Shown here piece after piece: positions 9,437 to 19,132 of a stretch of 54,979 nt of DNA. The notes beneath the pieces were generated by a model. The model was not told where the DNA came from. It worked only from the letters and a program-made list of their open reading frames with translations, and searched no databases. The DNA is from a bacterium (GTDB lineage: Bacteria > Patescibacteriota > Minisyncoccia > UBA6257 > UBA9933): NCBI GenBank assembly GCA_021796335.1, contig JAJYHZ010000003.1, forward strand, positions 1 to 54,979. The letters run 5' to 3'. Each line of letters begins with the position of its first letter. Within the stretch, counting starts at the first letter, position 1. The translations under genes and the position numbers were made by a program.

Positions 9437-10636
9437 ATGGCAGAAAAAGAAAAATTCGAACGTTCTAAGCCGCATGTTAATGTTGGAACCATCGGACATG
9501 TTGATCATGGCAAAACAACTTTAACCGCAGCTATTACCCACGTTCTTCACTTGAAAGGTTTGATTTCCAAAGAAGAAAAAGTGGACCAAATCGACAATGC
9601 GCCCGAGGAAAAAGCTCGTGGAATTACTATCGCATTGCATCACTCCGAATACGAAACGGAGAAAAGACACTATGCTCACGTTGATGCTCCGGGACACGCG
9701 GATTATATCAAGAACATGATTACCGGTGCAGCTCAGATGGATGGCGCCATTTTGGTGGTCGCCGCCACTGACGGTCCTATGCCTCAAACCCGGGAACATA
9801 TTTTGTTGGCAAGGCAGGTCGGCGTTCCAAATATCGTTGTTTTCTTAAATAAGGTGGATATGGTGGATGATCCGGAACTTATTGATTTGGTTGAAGCCGA
9901 AGTGAGGGAACTTTTAAAGAAATATCAGTTTGATGGAGATAATGCTCCGGTTATCCGAGGGTCGGCTTTGAAAGCTTTGGAAGCTTCATCAGTTGATGAT
10001 CCTGCGGTTAAGCCGATTTTGGATTTGGTGCAGGCTTTGGATGATTATATTCCGGAACCGGTTCGCGATACTGACAAACCGTTTCTGATGCCGGTTGAAG
10101 ATATTTTCTCGATCGAAGGCCGCGGAACCGTTGTTACTGGCCGTGTTGAAAGAGGAATCGTCAAAGTTAATGAAGAAGTTGAAATTATCGGCATCAAGCC
10201 GACGGCAAAAACTGTTGTTACTGGTATTGAAATGTTTAATAAATTATTGGATGAAGGAAAGGCGGGTGATAACGTAGGCGTTCTTTTGAGAGGCCTTAAA
10301 AAAGAGGATGTTGAAAGAGGACAAGTTCTTGCAAAACCGGGAAGCGTAACTCCGCACACTGAATTTGAGGCCGAAGTTTATATCCTGACCAAGGAAGAAG
10401 GCGGACGGCACACCCCGTTCTTCAAGGGATACAAGCCGCAGTTCTATATCCGAACAACCGATGTTACCGGCGAGGTTCAAATTCCGGCAGGAATGGAAAT
10501 GGTTATGCCTGGCGATACGGTTAATTTAGCGATCAAATTGATTGCTCCGGTTGCCTTGGAAGAGAAGCAAAGGTTCGCCATCCGTGAAGGAGGTAAGACT
10601 GTTGGCGCCGGCGCAGTTACAAAAATCATCAAATAA
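9437..10636 (+). CDS. tuf: Elongation factor Tu
   Basis: [21 protein letters not shown]. Confidence 0.99.
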   Translation: MAEKEKFERSKPHVNVGTIGHVDHGKTTLTAAITHVLHLKGLISKEEKVDQIDNAPEEKARGITIALHHSEYETEKRHYAHVDAPGHADYIKNMITGAAQMDGAILVVAATDGPMPQTREHILLARQVGVPNIVVFLNKVDMVDDPELIDLVEAEVRELLKKYQFDGDNAPVIRGSALKALEASSVDDPAVKPILDLVQALDDYIPEPVRDTDKPFLMPVEDIFSIEGRGTVVTGRVERGIVKVNEEVEIIGIKPTAKTVVTGIEMFNKLLDEGKAGDNVGVLLRGLKKEDVERGQVLAKPGSVTPHTEFEAEVYILTKEEGGRHTPFFKGYKPQFYIRTTDVTGEVQIPAGMEMVMPGDTVNLAIKLIAPVALEEKQRFAIREGGKTVGAGAVTKIIK

Positions 10637-10740
10637 AAAATGGCCACAGACTACAGATTACGGTCAACAGCAGTTCTTAAAAAATTTAGAAAATTGCAAA
10701 TAGCCGTAGTCAGTAGACGGTAGTCCGTAAGCTAATCAAA

Positions 10741-11073
10741 ATGAACAAGAAGGCAAAAGAAGAAGGACAATCAAAATTGCGTTTAAGGGTTAGGTCATAT
10801 GACCATAAGCTGATTGATAATTCCATCAAACAGATTATTGAAACCGCTATTCGAAACGGGGCGGAAATAATAGGACCGGTTCCTTTTCCAACGGAATTTA
10901 AGCGCTATACTGTGAACCGTTCGACCTTTGTCCATAAGGATGCCAGAGAGCAGTTTGAACTGAGGGTTCATAATCGCATGATTGATATTCTTAATCCAAA
11001 TCAAAAAATTATTGAAGCTTTGAGCAGTTTGAATTTGCCTTCAGGGGTGGATATTGAGATAAAAATGAGGTAA
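10741..11073 (+). CDS. rpsJ: 30S ribosomal protein S10
   Basis: SYDHKLID, GPVP.PT, HKDAREQFE. Confidence 0.97.
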   Translation: MNKKAKEEGQSKLRLRVRSYDHKLIDNSIKQIIETAIRNGAEIIGPVPFPTEFKRYTVNRSTFVHKDAREQFELRVHNRMIDILNPNQKIIEALSSLNLPSGVDIEIKMR

Positions 11074-11102
11074 TAAAAATCGCAAGTTAAAGATTTTATT
11101 AC

Positions 11103-11132
11103 GCAAAATCCCGGTTTTATCCGGGATTTTGC
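11103..11132 (+). terminator. Intrinsic terminator after rpsJ
   Basis: gcaaaatcccgg-ttttat-ccgggattttgc. Confidence 0.75.
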
Positions 11133-11285
11133 TTTGAAACATTTTATGGTATATTGAATTATACCTCTGTGGCAATTGCTTCGAGACAATTTTTACACAT
11201 AATTTTTACGCGCGAAATAAGCTTGGTTTACATCAGAATTTATTCTTAGAAGCGCAATACGAGCCGATTGTTTCGTAATTTTATT

Positions 11286-11873
11286 ATGCAAGAAATTTCC
11301 GCCGGTATTATTATTTACCGAAGAACAAAAGATGGATTGAAATTTCTGATTTTGTATCATGGGCACGGATATTGGAATTTTCCGAAAGGAAAAATCGAAA
11401 GCCGAGAGAAAAGTTTCCAGACAGCCCTAAGGGAAATAAGGGAGGAGACCGGTTTGACCCGGTCTGATTTGAAATTCGGCGATTATTTCAAGACCTCGGA
11501 ACATTTTACTTTTTGGAGAGATAAAGAAAAAGTTTCGAAAAACGTGACTTTTTATTTAGCTGAAACCAAGAGAAAAGCGATTAGAATCTCCGAAGTACAG
11601 GAGGGCCAACCCCATGAAGGATTTGCCTGGTTTACCTATAAAGAGGCTTTGGATATTTTGCATCGCCATAAAGATAGCCAGAGAATTTTAAAACAAGCGT
11701 ACCAATTTTTGCAAAACAAAGGAATCGCGCCGGCGGAAAAAATTGAAAAGCCGCAACAGCAATCTCAGCAACTGCAAAAACATCATTACAAAAAATCAAA
11801 TTATCGTAAAAATCCGCAGCAGTCTCCCAACAGATATAAATATTCTTCCAGACCCAGCGCGGAAATTGAATAA
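11286..11873 (+). CDS. NUDIX hydrolase (Ap4A-hydrolase-like) with low-complexity tail
   Basis: SAGII..WNFPKG, Nudix box ALREIREETGL; likely ATG at 11286. Confidence 0.88.
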   Translation: MQEISAGIIIYRRTKDGLKFLILYHGHGYWNFPKGKIESREKSFQTALREIREETGLTRSDLKFGDYFKTSEHFTFWRDKEKVSKNVTFYLAETKRKAIRISEVQEGQPHEGFAWFTYKEALDILHRHKDSQRILKQAYQFLQNKGIAPAEKIEKPQQQSQQLQKHHYKKSNYRKNPQQSPNRYKYSSRPSAEIE

Positions 11874-12024
11874 ATCAGAATTCAGGATATATGGTAAGCG
11901 TGTTTTAATTGCCACAATAGCGATTAATCCGTTGAAGTTGTAGCAATAAAAACAGGGGTTGCAATAATTTTATTAAGTTTGCTTTAAAATAATAGTTGAT
12001 TGGTAGCCCTAATTTTTAAAAATT

Positions 12025-12705
12025 ATGGACTTATTTTCAAACGGTGCAATTACATTGAGTTTTGATGATGGGTGGAAATGTATTTACGATAATGCCTTCC
12101 CAATCATTAAAAAGAATAAAATTCTAGCAACTTTTTATGTAATAAGCGGTTATCTTGATGACGAACAATTTCCTCGTTATATGAATATTGAAGATATTCG
12201 GGATTTAGAAAAACACGGACATGAAATTGGCTGTCATACAGTTTCACACAAACATCTTTCGCAAGAAAACAAAAATATAATAAAAGAAGAAATTATTTCA
12301 TCTCTTGATTATTTAAAAAACGAAGGTTTTTCAGTCAGTACATTTTCCTATCCCTACGGAGAATTTAATGATGAAATTTTGGAAATAGTAAAAAACGCAG
12401 GATTTATCGGCGCCCGAAGTGTTGAAAGAGGATTTAATGATTTAGAAACCAACCCCTTTTTATTAAAATGTCAGGCTGTTAAGACTTCAACAAAACCAGA
12501 GCAGGTGAAGGAGTGGATTGATTTTGCTAAAGCCAGGAATAAGTGGTTGATTTTAATGCTTCACCAGATAGATCATGATGGAAGAGAATGGAGCACAACC
12601 TCTGAGATTTTAACAGAAATTGTTGATTGTATAAAAAACAGCAACATTAATTCCATTACGCTTAAAGAGGGTTTGAAAATTTTAAATGATGCAGCAACTA
12701 TTTAA
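12025..12705 (+). CDS. Polysaccharide deacetylase (NodB-like)
   Basis: SFDDG, HEIGCHTVSH, FSYPYG. Confidence 0.92.
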   Translation: MDLFSNGAITLSFDDGWKCIYDNAFPIIKKNKILATFYVISGYLDDEQFPRYMNIEDIRDLEKHGHEIGCHTVSHKHLSQENKNIIKEEIISSLDYLKNEGFSVSTFSYPYGEFNDEILEIVKNAGFIGARSVERGFNDLETNPFLLKCQAVKTSTKPEQVKEWIDFAKARNKWLILMLHQIDHDGREWSTTSEILTEIVDCIKNSNINSITLKEGLKILNDAATI

Positions 12706-12949
12706 ACAAAAAGTTTTTGAAGTTGTTAAGGAAATTTCAAAAGGAAAAACTTTAACTTACAGACAGGTGGCGGAATTAGCAGGGCGGCCAAAAGCATATC
12801 GGGCAGTCGGAAACATCTTGAATAAGAATTCCTATAAAAATATCCCTTGCCATCGGGTTATCCGTTCTGACGGAGAAATCGGCGGATATAATCGCGGCCA
12901 GAAATTAAAAATAAAAAAATTAAGATCTGAGGGATTTAGAATTGAGTGA
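12686..12949 (+). CDS. MGMT-family O6-alkylguanine DNA alkyltransferase (C-terminal domain only)
   Basis: TY..VA..AG.P.A.RAVG and active-site PCHRV. Confidence 0.9.
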   Translation: MMQQLFKQKVFEVVKEISKGKTLTYRQVAELAGRPKAYRAVGNILNKNSYKNIPCHRVIRSDGEIGGYNRGQKLKIKKLRSEGFRIE

Positions 12950-12992
12950 TTTAATCAAAATAATTTGATATCCTTCATTTTTATTTTTTTTC

Positions 12993-13337
12993 TTATTTTG
13001 CCTTAGCAACTATTTGCTCAAAAACTTTAGGTTCTTTTCTTGCGATTTCCGCTAAGATTTTTCTATCAATTATAATGTTTGCTTTTTTTAATCCGTTAAT
13101 TAGTTTGCTATATGTTGTGCCATTGGTTCTGGCTGCGGCATTGATTTGAACCTGCCATAAGCTGCGGTAGTCTCTTTTCTTTTGTTTTCTTCCGGAAAAT
13201 GCGTGTGACATGGAGTGGAGAAGAGCTTCTTTAGCGGCTCTTTCTTTTGATTTCCTTCCCCAGCGGAATCCCTTGGTCTGTTTTAATACTTTTTCTCTTT
13301 TTTTATGGGCTATTGTGCCTCGTTTTACTCTGGTCAT
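12993..13337 (-). CDS. rplT: 50S ribosomal protein L20
   Basis: MTRVKRG, KKRDYRSLW..INAAAR. Confidence 0.97.
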   Translation of the reverse strand: MTRVKRGTIAHKKREKVLKQTKGFRWGRKSKERAAKEALLHSMSHAFSGRKQKKRDYRSLWQVQINAAARTNGTTYSKLINGLKKANIIIDRKILAEIARKEPKVFEQIVAKAK

Positions 13338-13373
13338 AGATTAGTGGTTAGTGATTAGTTTTTAGTAATTAGG

Positions 13374-13550
13374 CTAGTGGCTGGCGTATTTTTGGATATT
13401 TTTTGCTTCAGTAACAAGCTCTCTCATTCCGGATTTTCGATTCATTTCCTTGCTTTTCTTTTTGGCCCGAAAATGGCCCAAGCCCATGGCTCTTCTGAGA
13501 ACCTTGCCGTTTTTGGTGATTCTAATTCTTTTTTCTACGGTGTTTTTCAT
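13374..13550 (-). CDS. rpmI: 50S ribosomal protein L35
   Basis: KRIRITKNGKV.R...GH; lies between infC and rplT; start at ATG 13550. Confidence 0.9.
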   Translation of the reverse strand: MKNTVEKRIRITKNGKVLRRAMGLGHFRAKKKSKEMNRKSGMRELVTEAKNIQKYASH

Positions 13551-13655
13551 AGCTTCGCTTTTATAATGCCAATCTGCAGATTTATGCAAATCTGTAAATA
13601 ATGCGGATTCGTATTATTTGTTTCATTCGCAATTATTTGCATATTGGTATTGTGA

Positions 13656-14162
13656 TTACTTTTTTGAGATTTGCATCATTAATCCTTTTCCGCCGAATTT
13701 CGGTTCCATGATGATCTTATATTCAAATGGAATCATTTGCAAAAATTCATTTAATTTTTTCATTGCCCACTCGCGGTTGTATTTTTCGCGTCCTCTTAAA
13801 ATTAACGTTATTCCGACTTTATGCTCTTCATCCAGGAATTCCTGGATTTTTTTGATTCGAATTTCCAAGTCATTTTTTGCCGCACGAGCTCCTATTCTGA
13901 TTTCTTTCAATTCGTTGGCCTTTTGGATAGAACGCTGTTTTTTTAACTCTTTTTCTTTTTGATATCGGAATTTGTCAAAATTGATGATTTTGGCTACCGG
14001 GGGCTTGGCCGTGGGAACGATCTCGATTAGATCCAGTCCTTTTTCTTGGGCTAATTTTAAAGCCGCTTCGCGCGGCATTATGCCAAGATTTTCTCCAGCG
14101 TCATCAATTATCCGCAATTCCGGGGCAGTTATTTGATTATTTATTCGTGTTTTATCTACCAA
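13656..14162 (-). CDS. infC: Translation initiation factor IF-3
   Basis: RINNQI...LRII, LDLIEI..AKPPV; non-AUG start (TTG, or in-frame ATT 12 nt upstream). Confidence 0.95.
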   Translation of the reverse strand: MVDKTRINNQITAPELRIIDDAGENLGIMPREAALKLAQEKGLDLIEIVPTAKPPVAKIINFDKFRYQKEKELKKQRSIQKANELKEIRIGARAAKNDLEIRIKKIQEFLDEEHKVGITLILRGREKYNREWAMKKLNEFLQMIPFEYKIIMEPKFGGKGLMMQISKK

Positions 14163-14206
14163 TGATTTTAAAATTTAATAGAGAAATCTGTATTTACAGC
14201 TTAATA

Positions 14207-14222
14207 TGTGGAGACGGGATTG
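14207..14222 (-). repeat. Partial duplication of the tmRNA 3' end (att-like scar)
   Basis: tgtggagacgggattg versus tgtggagacggagggattg at 14329-14347 (3-nt deletion). Confidence 0.6.
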
Positions 14223-14330
14223 TCCCCGGATTTATGGTGCTACATAAAGCGCATCATAAATCCTTCAATTCCTAACGCGAGACAAGCAGTTGTCTCGCTC
14301 CCTTTCCACTGCACTCATTTCATTCGTTTG

Positions 14331-14696
14331 TGGAGACGGAGGGATTGAACCCTCGTCCAAAAATTTTTCAAAACAATCTCTACAAGCTTGCCTTAATTAG
14401 AATTTAGAATTAAGAAGTAAGAATTAAGGAAAAACTTCAAAATTCTTTTGCCAATTTTGTCTTTGTTGGTTTTGGCATCCAACAAACAAGCTTGATTATA
14501 ACACCCCTTAATTCCGACTCAAGCATTCAGAAGGGATGCCTGTATTAAGCTAAGGCTAATGCAGGAACTGCAGTTTTGTCGGCAGTTATATGTTTTTTGC
14601 CAGATTTATCCCATACTTAAATTTAAGTATGGGGTTGATGAGATGGCGCTCAACTTGCAATTGTTTTGTCCGATTTTTGTCGAGACGTGCGTCCCC
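14331..14696 (-). ncRNA. ssrA: tmRNA; tag (A)ADKTAVPALALA
   Basis: Acceptor GGGGACG/CGUCUCC-A with G3.U wobble; T-arm GAGGGUUCAAUCCCUC; resume context AUAACU-GCC; tag ORF 14583-14545; adjacent to smpB. Confidence 0.95.
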
Positions 14697-14742
14697 ATGT
14701 ATCCGAATAGCGCACGTACTAAGAACGCGCCCATCCGAATAT

Positions 14743-15180
14743 TTATTTTTTTGCCTTGCGCATTTCTCTTTTGTCTTCTCGTTTTTTTATCAATTCGCGT
14801 TTGTCAGCTTTTTTTCGGCTCCTTGCAAGGCCTATTTCCAACTTAATCTTATGATTTTTAGTATAAACTTTTAAAGGCACTAAAGTCAAGTTTTTTTCCT
14901 GTATTTTTCCCGCTAATTCCCTGATTTCTTGGCGCTTCAGAAGCAATTTTCGGGTACGTTTTGAGTCATAATTTTTTGGGGTATTTTGAGGTTGGTAAGG
15001 AGGAATATCGGAACCTAAAAGCCAAGCCTCATTATTTTTAACAATAACATAAGATCCGGAAAGATTTATCCGGCCGTTTTTAATTGATTTAACCTCAAAA
15101 CCGAGTAAGGCAATGCCAGCCTCGAACTTTTCGAGGATTTCATAATCATAATATGCGCGTTTGTTGGTAATAGATTCCAT
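14743..15180 (-). CDS. smpB: SsrA-binding protein
   Basis: NKRAYYDYEI.EKFEAGI.L.G.EVKSI, RKLLL, DKRE; true start ATG 15180. Confidence 0.96.
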   Translation of the reverse strand: MESITNKRAYYDYEILEKFEAGIALLGFEVKSIKNGRINLSGSYVIVKNNEAWLLGSDIPPYQPQNTPKNYDSKRTRKLLLKRQEIRELAGKIQEKNLTLVPLKVYTKNHKIKLEIGLARSRKKADKRELIKKREDKREMRKAKK

Positions 15181-15251
15181 ATGAAAAGTATAAAGTAAAA
15201 TGGAAAATGGAAAAAGTAAAGTAGGGAGAGATAAAAAAAGTAGGGAGAGAT

Positions 15252-15280
15252 AAAAAAGGAGGCGCTCATTGCGCCCCCTC
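15252..15280 (-). terminator. Terminator of small orphan gene
   Basis: Reverse strand gagggggcgc-aatga-gcgcctcc-tttttt. Confidence 0.6.
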
Positions 15281-15284
15281 AAGC

Positions 15285-15485
15285 TCAAAAGAACCGATTG
15301 GGGAAGATTTGACCATCGATTTCGATAAAATAGCCCGCTTCTATTTCACTTTTCAGTACTTTACGGGCCAGGGATTTAGTTATGTTCTCATCAGCAATCC
15401 GAAGAAATTCTTCTTCAGATAAGCCCCGCATTCCTTTTTTGGCGATTTCTTGGTCCAAATAATTCAACCACCATCGTGATGACAT
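15285..15485 (-). CDS. Small hypothetical protein (66 aa)
   Basis: SD-like AAGGTGGTGA before ATG; own terminator. Confidence 0.6.
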   Translation of the reverse strand: MSSRWWLNYLDQEIAKKGMRGLSEEEFLRIADENITKSLARKVLKSEIEAGYFIEIDGQIFPNRFF

Positions 15486-15662
15486 CCACTCACCACCTTT
15501 CGGATATGAATTTTGTAGTTTCTGAATTTATTATATTATTATTTTTTAAAAAATAAAATAATTTTGTGCGGGGTTTTAATTTATAAATCTTTCACTTAAA
15601 ATGAATTATGCATCCGAATAGCGTATTATTCCGCTAAGCGAGGTGTCCATTTGAATTAATTT

Positions 15663-17378
15663 ATGATTAAAGAACGGATTTATTCTTATTTAGTTAAAGC
15701 GACAAATAAAAAAGATATTGAAATTTCCATGCCAGAAAACGGAAAATTCGGGCATTATTCGACTAATATCGCTTTGAAATTGGCTAAAGACTTGAAAAAA
15801 AGTCCTATGGAATTGGCTGAAAACATTGCGGTGGAAATTAAAAAGAAAGCGCCGAATGATTTTTTTAAAAAAGTAGAAGTTATTTCGCCGGGTTTTATAA
15901 ATTTTTTTCTTTCCAATAAAGCGTTTCAGGATGAATTTTGGGAAATATATAAGGAAGGGAAAAAATGGGGTAAACCTAAAAAAAGTAAAAAACAAACAGT
16001 TGTTATAGATTATTCGGCGCCGAATATCGCTAAGCCGATGAGCGTGGGACATTTAAGATCGACCATCATCGGACAAGCGCTTTATAATGTTTTTAAATTC
16101 AGCGGATGGAAAACAATCGGAGATAATCATTTGGGGGATTGGGGAAAACAATTTGGGATTTTAATCGCGGCTTATAAAGAGCGATTAAAAGCTAAAGACA
16201 AAAAACTAAAAAATATTTCGATTGATGAGCTGATGCGGGTATATGTCGATTATAACGCGCAGATGAAAGAAAATCCGGAATTGGAAGAAAGAGCACGTTT
16301 GGAGATTAAAAAATTGCAAAAAGGAAACAAGGAAAATATCGGGATTTGGAATAAATTCCGGAAGATAAGCCTGGATGAGTTTAAAAAGATTTATAAAATT
16401 TTAGGAATCAAGTTTGATTATTGTTTCGGGGAGAGTTTTTATAACAAGATGCTTCCGGGAATCGTGAAAGAAGCCTTGGATAAAAATGCGGCGGTTGAAA
16501 GCGAGGGCGCTACGGTAATTCCTGTCGAGGGCGACGAAACCCCGCTTATGATTCAAAAATCGGACGGAGCATTTTTGTATACAACCACCGATCTTGCTAC
16601 GGTTAAATTTAGGGTTAAAAAATTTAAGCCGGACTTAATTTTATATGCGGTTGGCAGCGAACAGGGGTTTTATTTTTCACAGCTGTTTAAGGCGGTTAAG
16701 AAACTTGATTTTGCCAAAAAAGCAAAATTAACCCATGTTAATTTTGGGTTGTTGCTGGGAGAAGATTTGAAAAAATTTTCGACCAGGGCGGGTAGGCATG
16801 TGTCGCTTGAGGGATTGATAAAGGAATCAATCGATCGCGCCCGGAAAATTGCAGAAGAGAAGCAGCCCGGTATTTCTAAATCAGACAAAGAAAAAATAGC
16901 GAAAATAGTTGGCGTGGGCGCCGTAAAATACAACGATTTATCGCAAAACAGGGAATCGAATATTATTTTCGATTGGGATAAAATGCTGAATTTAGAAGGG
17001 AATTCAGCGCCTTATTTGCAATATACTTACGCCCGTTTGCGCAATGTACTGCGCAAAGCGCGTATGCTAAAAGGCAAAAAGCAAAAGCCAAAAGCGAGCG
17101 CGGAATTTCTAAATGAGCCGATTGAAATAAGTTTAATTTTTCATTTGTCGCAATTTCCGGATGTGATCAAGCGAATAACGGAATTTTATTACCCGCATTA
17201 TTTGGCTGATTATTTGTTTGACTTGGCGAAAATGGCAAATGTATTCTATCAGAATATCCCGGTTCTAAAATCCAATCCGGAGGTTCGGGAAGCCCGTCTG
17301 TCTTTAGTTAAGACTGTCTCAGATGTTTTGAAAACCGGGCTGAATCTTTTAGGGATCGAAGCGCTTGAAAAAATGTAA
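15663..17378 (+). CDS. argS: Arginine--tRNA ligase
   Basis: SAPNIAKPMSVGHLRS, NHLGDWGKQFG, GNSAPYLQY.YAR. Confidence 0.97.
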   Translation: MIKERIYSYLVKATNKKDIEISMPENGKFGHYSTNIALKLAKDLKKSPMELAENIAVEIKKKAPNDFFKKVEVISPGFINFFLSNKAFQDEFWEIYKEGKKWGKPKKSKKQTVVIDYSAPNIAKPMSVGHLRSTIIGQALYNVFKFSGWKTIGDNHLGDWGKQFGILIAAYKERLKAKDKKLKNISIDELMRVYVDYNAQMKENPELEERARLEIKKLQKGNKENIGIWNKFRKISLDEFKKIYKILGIKFDYCFGESFYNKMLPGIVKEALDKNAAVESEGATVIPVEGDETPLMIQKSDGAFLYTTTDLATVKFRVKKFKPDLILYAVGSEQGFYFSQLFKAVKKLDFAKKAKLTHVNFGLLLGEDLKKFSTRAGRHVSLEGLIKESIDRARKIAEEKQPGISKSDKEKIAKIVGVGAVKYNDLSQNRESNIIFDWDKMLNLEGNSAPYLQYTYARLRNVLRKARMLKGKKQKPKASAEFLNEPIEISLIFHLSQFPDVIKRITEFYYPHYLADYLFDLAKMANVFYQNIPVLKSNPEVREARLSLVKTVSDVLKTGLNLLGIEALEKM

Positions 17379-17379
17379 T

Positions 17380-18273
17380 ATGAAAAAGAAGATCGCCTTT
17401 CTATTTTTTATCTTACTGGTTTTGCTCCTGGGATTTTTTCTGGTTACTTATCAGAAAAATGATTATTTATTTTTTTCCGGGGCCGATCAGAATCCAAACG
17501 GCATAACTTTTGTTTTGTTCGGAAGGACCGGAAAGGTTATCGGATGGAATATGTCTCCGGATTTGACGGATACAATTATGGTCGTTGATTATCGTCCGAA
17601 TATAGGGGTGGTAAATTTAATTTCTTTACCGCGGGATTTATACGTTAATCTTGACGGAGAAAATTTTAAGCTGAACGAAGTCGTCGAGCGGGGGAAGGTG
17701 GATGATTTTTTAAATAATTTACTGCCTGAGTTAACCGGGCTCCAAACAAACAATTATGCCATTGTCGATATCGGTTTATTGCAGAAAATCGTCGATAATT
17801 TAGGAGGCATAGATGTCGATTTGAAATCACCGTTAACAGACTGGGCAAGCGGATACACTATCCAAGCCGGCAATCAGCATTTGGACGGCACGCAAGTCGT
17901 GTGGCTGGTGCGAAATCGATACGCGCCCAACGGAGATTTTTTCCGTGAAAAAAATCAGCATCAAATAATTCAAACAATCGCCCAAAAAATAGAAGGCTTA
18001 AACGCCTTGGAAAAAACCGCGTTTTTATTCAAACTGACTCCGGATTTGGCAACAAGCATAAATACGAATATGAATCCGCAAATCTTCATTACTCTAATGG
18101 AAAAATTCCACAGTGTGAGGTTTAATGATGTGGTAATGGATTTTGGTTCCGGATTGTTAGAGAGCGCCACAACAACAGCCGGAAGTTCGACAGAAGACAT
18201 TTTATTGCCCGTGAAAGGATCGGATAATTACGACAATATAAGAAATTATATTGAATCAAAATTAGAAAAATAA
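17380..18273 (+). CDS. LCP (LytR-CpsA-Psr) family protein
   Basis: N-terminal TM; TDTIMV, ISLPRDL, VDNLGGIDV, R.R...GDF.R..NQ. Confidence 0.9.
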   Translation: MKKKIAFLFFILLVLLLGFFLVTYQKNDYLFFSGADQNPNGITFVLFGRTGKVIGWNMSPDLTDTIMVVDYRPNIGVVNLISLPRDLYVNLDGENFKLNEVVERGKVDDFLNNLLPELTGLQTNNYAIVDIGLLQKIVDNLGGIDVDLKSPLTDWASGYTIQAGNQHLDGTQVVWLVRNRYAPNGDFFREKNQHQIIQTIAQKIEGLNALEKTAFLFKLTPDLATSINTNMNPQIFITLMEKFHSVRFNDVVMDFGSGLLESATTTAGSSTEDILLPVKGSDNYDNIRNYIESKLEK

Positions 18274-18459
18274 TTTTTAAATTATAATTATTGTACGCTA
18301 TATTATACTGCAGCACGCGTAAAATATTTTAACCCGCCTCCGCATAGTTTTCCAATCAATAAGGCTGCGGGATACAAAACCTTTTCCGCTTCGGTGGATC
18401 TCAGCTTCAATGAACAGTCTAAATAAATTTCTCGACACCGTAGTAATGTCGGTGGAGTT

Positions 18460-19011
18460 TTAATTCGATGCGGACTGGAAAAGCTGAGAAATAATTTGAT
18501 CGAAAGTCTGGTTGATGATTTCCAAATTTTTCTTATTTATAGTATTGAGGACATAACTGTCGGCTTTTAATCTATTTGGAAGGCCGATGCCGATTCTGAG
18601 TCGTCCGAAATTTTTAGTTCCCAGGCTTTTAATTATAGATTCGATTCCCCTATGGCCGGCCGAGCCGCGATCCATATCAAATTTGTATTTTCCCAATTCG
18701 ATATCGACATCATCGTGAGCGATTAAAATTTCTTCCGGTTTTATCGCCGATTTTCCCGCAGAAAAATATTTTAAGGCCGATAAAACCGACCCGCCGGATA
18801 AATTCATAAATGCCAGGGTTTTAACAATAATTGATTTATCGTTATTGATAAATTCAAAATTTTTGAATCTCGGTTTTTTGAATGGTTCATTCGGAGAAAA
18901 ATATTCGGCCAAATAGTCTATAAACATGCTGCCCGCGTTATGGTATGTTCGGCGATATTCTTGGCCGGGATTACCCAGCCCTATGATGATTTTAAAATTT
19001 TGTTTATTCAT
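18460..19011 (-). CDS. pth: Peptidyl-tRNA hydrolase
   Basis: GLGNPG..Y..T.HN.G, FMNLSG, HDD, GH.GI.SI, RLRIGIG. Confidence 0.95.
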   Translation of the reverse strand: MNKQNFKIIIGLGNPGQEYRRTYHNAGSMFIDYLAEYFSPNEPFKKPRFKNFEFINNDKSIIVKTLAFMNLSGGSVLSALKYFSAGKSAIKPEEILIAHDDVDIELGKYKFDMDRGSAGHRGIESIIKSLGTKNFGRLRIGIGLPNRLKADSYVLNTINKKNLEIINQTFDQIISQLFQSASN

Positions 19012-19132
19012 TCGTCTTATCTTCCAGGTTTTTTCGAAGAAAAATCAATAATCTTGGGGAATAGATTTAAATTATCGGGTTGACTTTAATTAATTTTATA
19101 TTAAAATTATAATAATTAAAACTCAGTAATGA

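Noticed and set aside
6141-10731. Intergenic repeats as CRISPR
   Set aside because: Units are 7-10 nt, degenerate and inverted, with no unique spacers
14559-14874. Plus-strand ORFs of 94-95 aa
   Set aside because: They overlap tmRNA and smpB on the opposite strand
15181-15288. Hydrophobic N-terminal extension of SmpB
   Set aside because: Translation of a low-complexity spacer and terminator; SmpB homology starts at 15180
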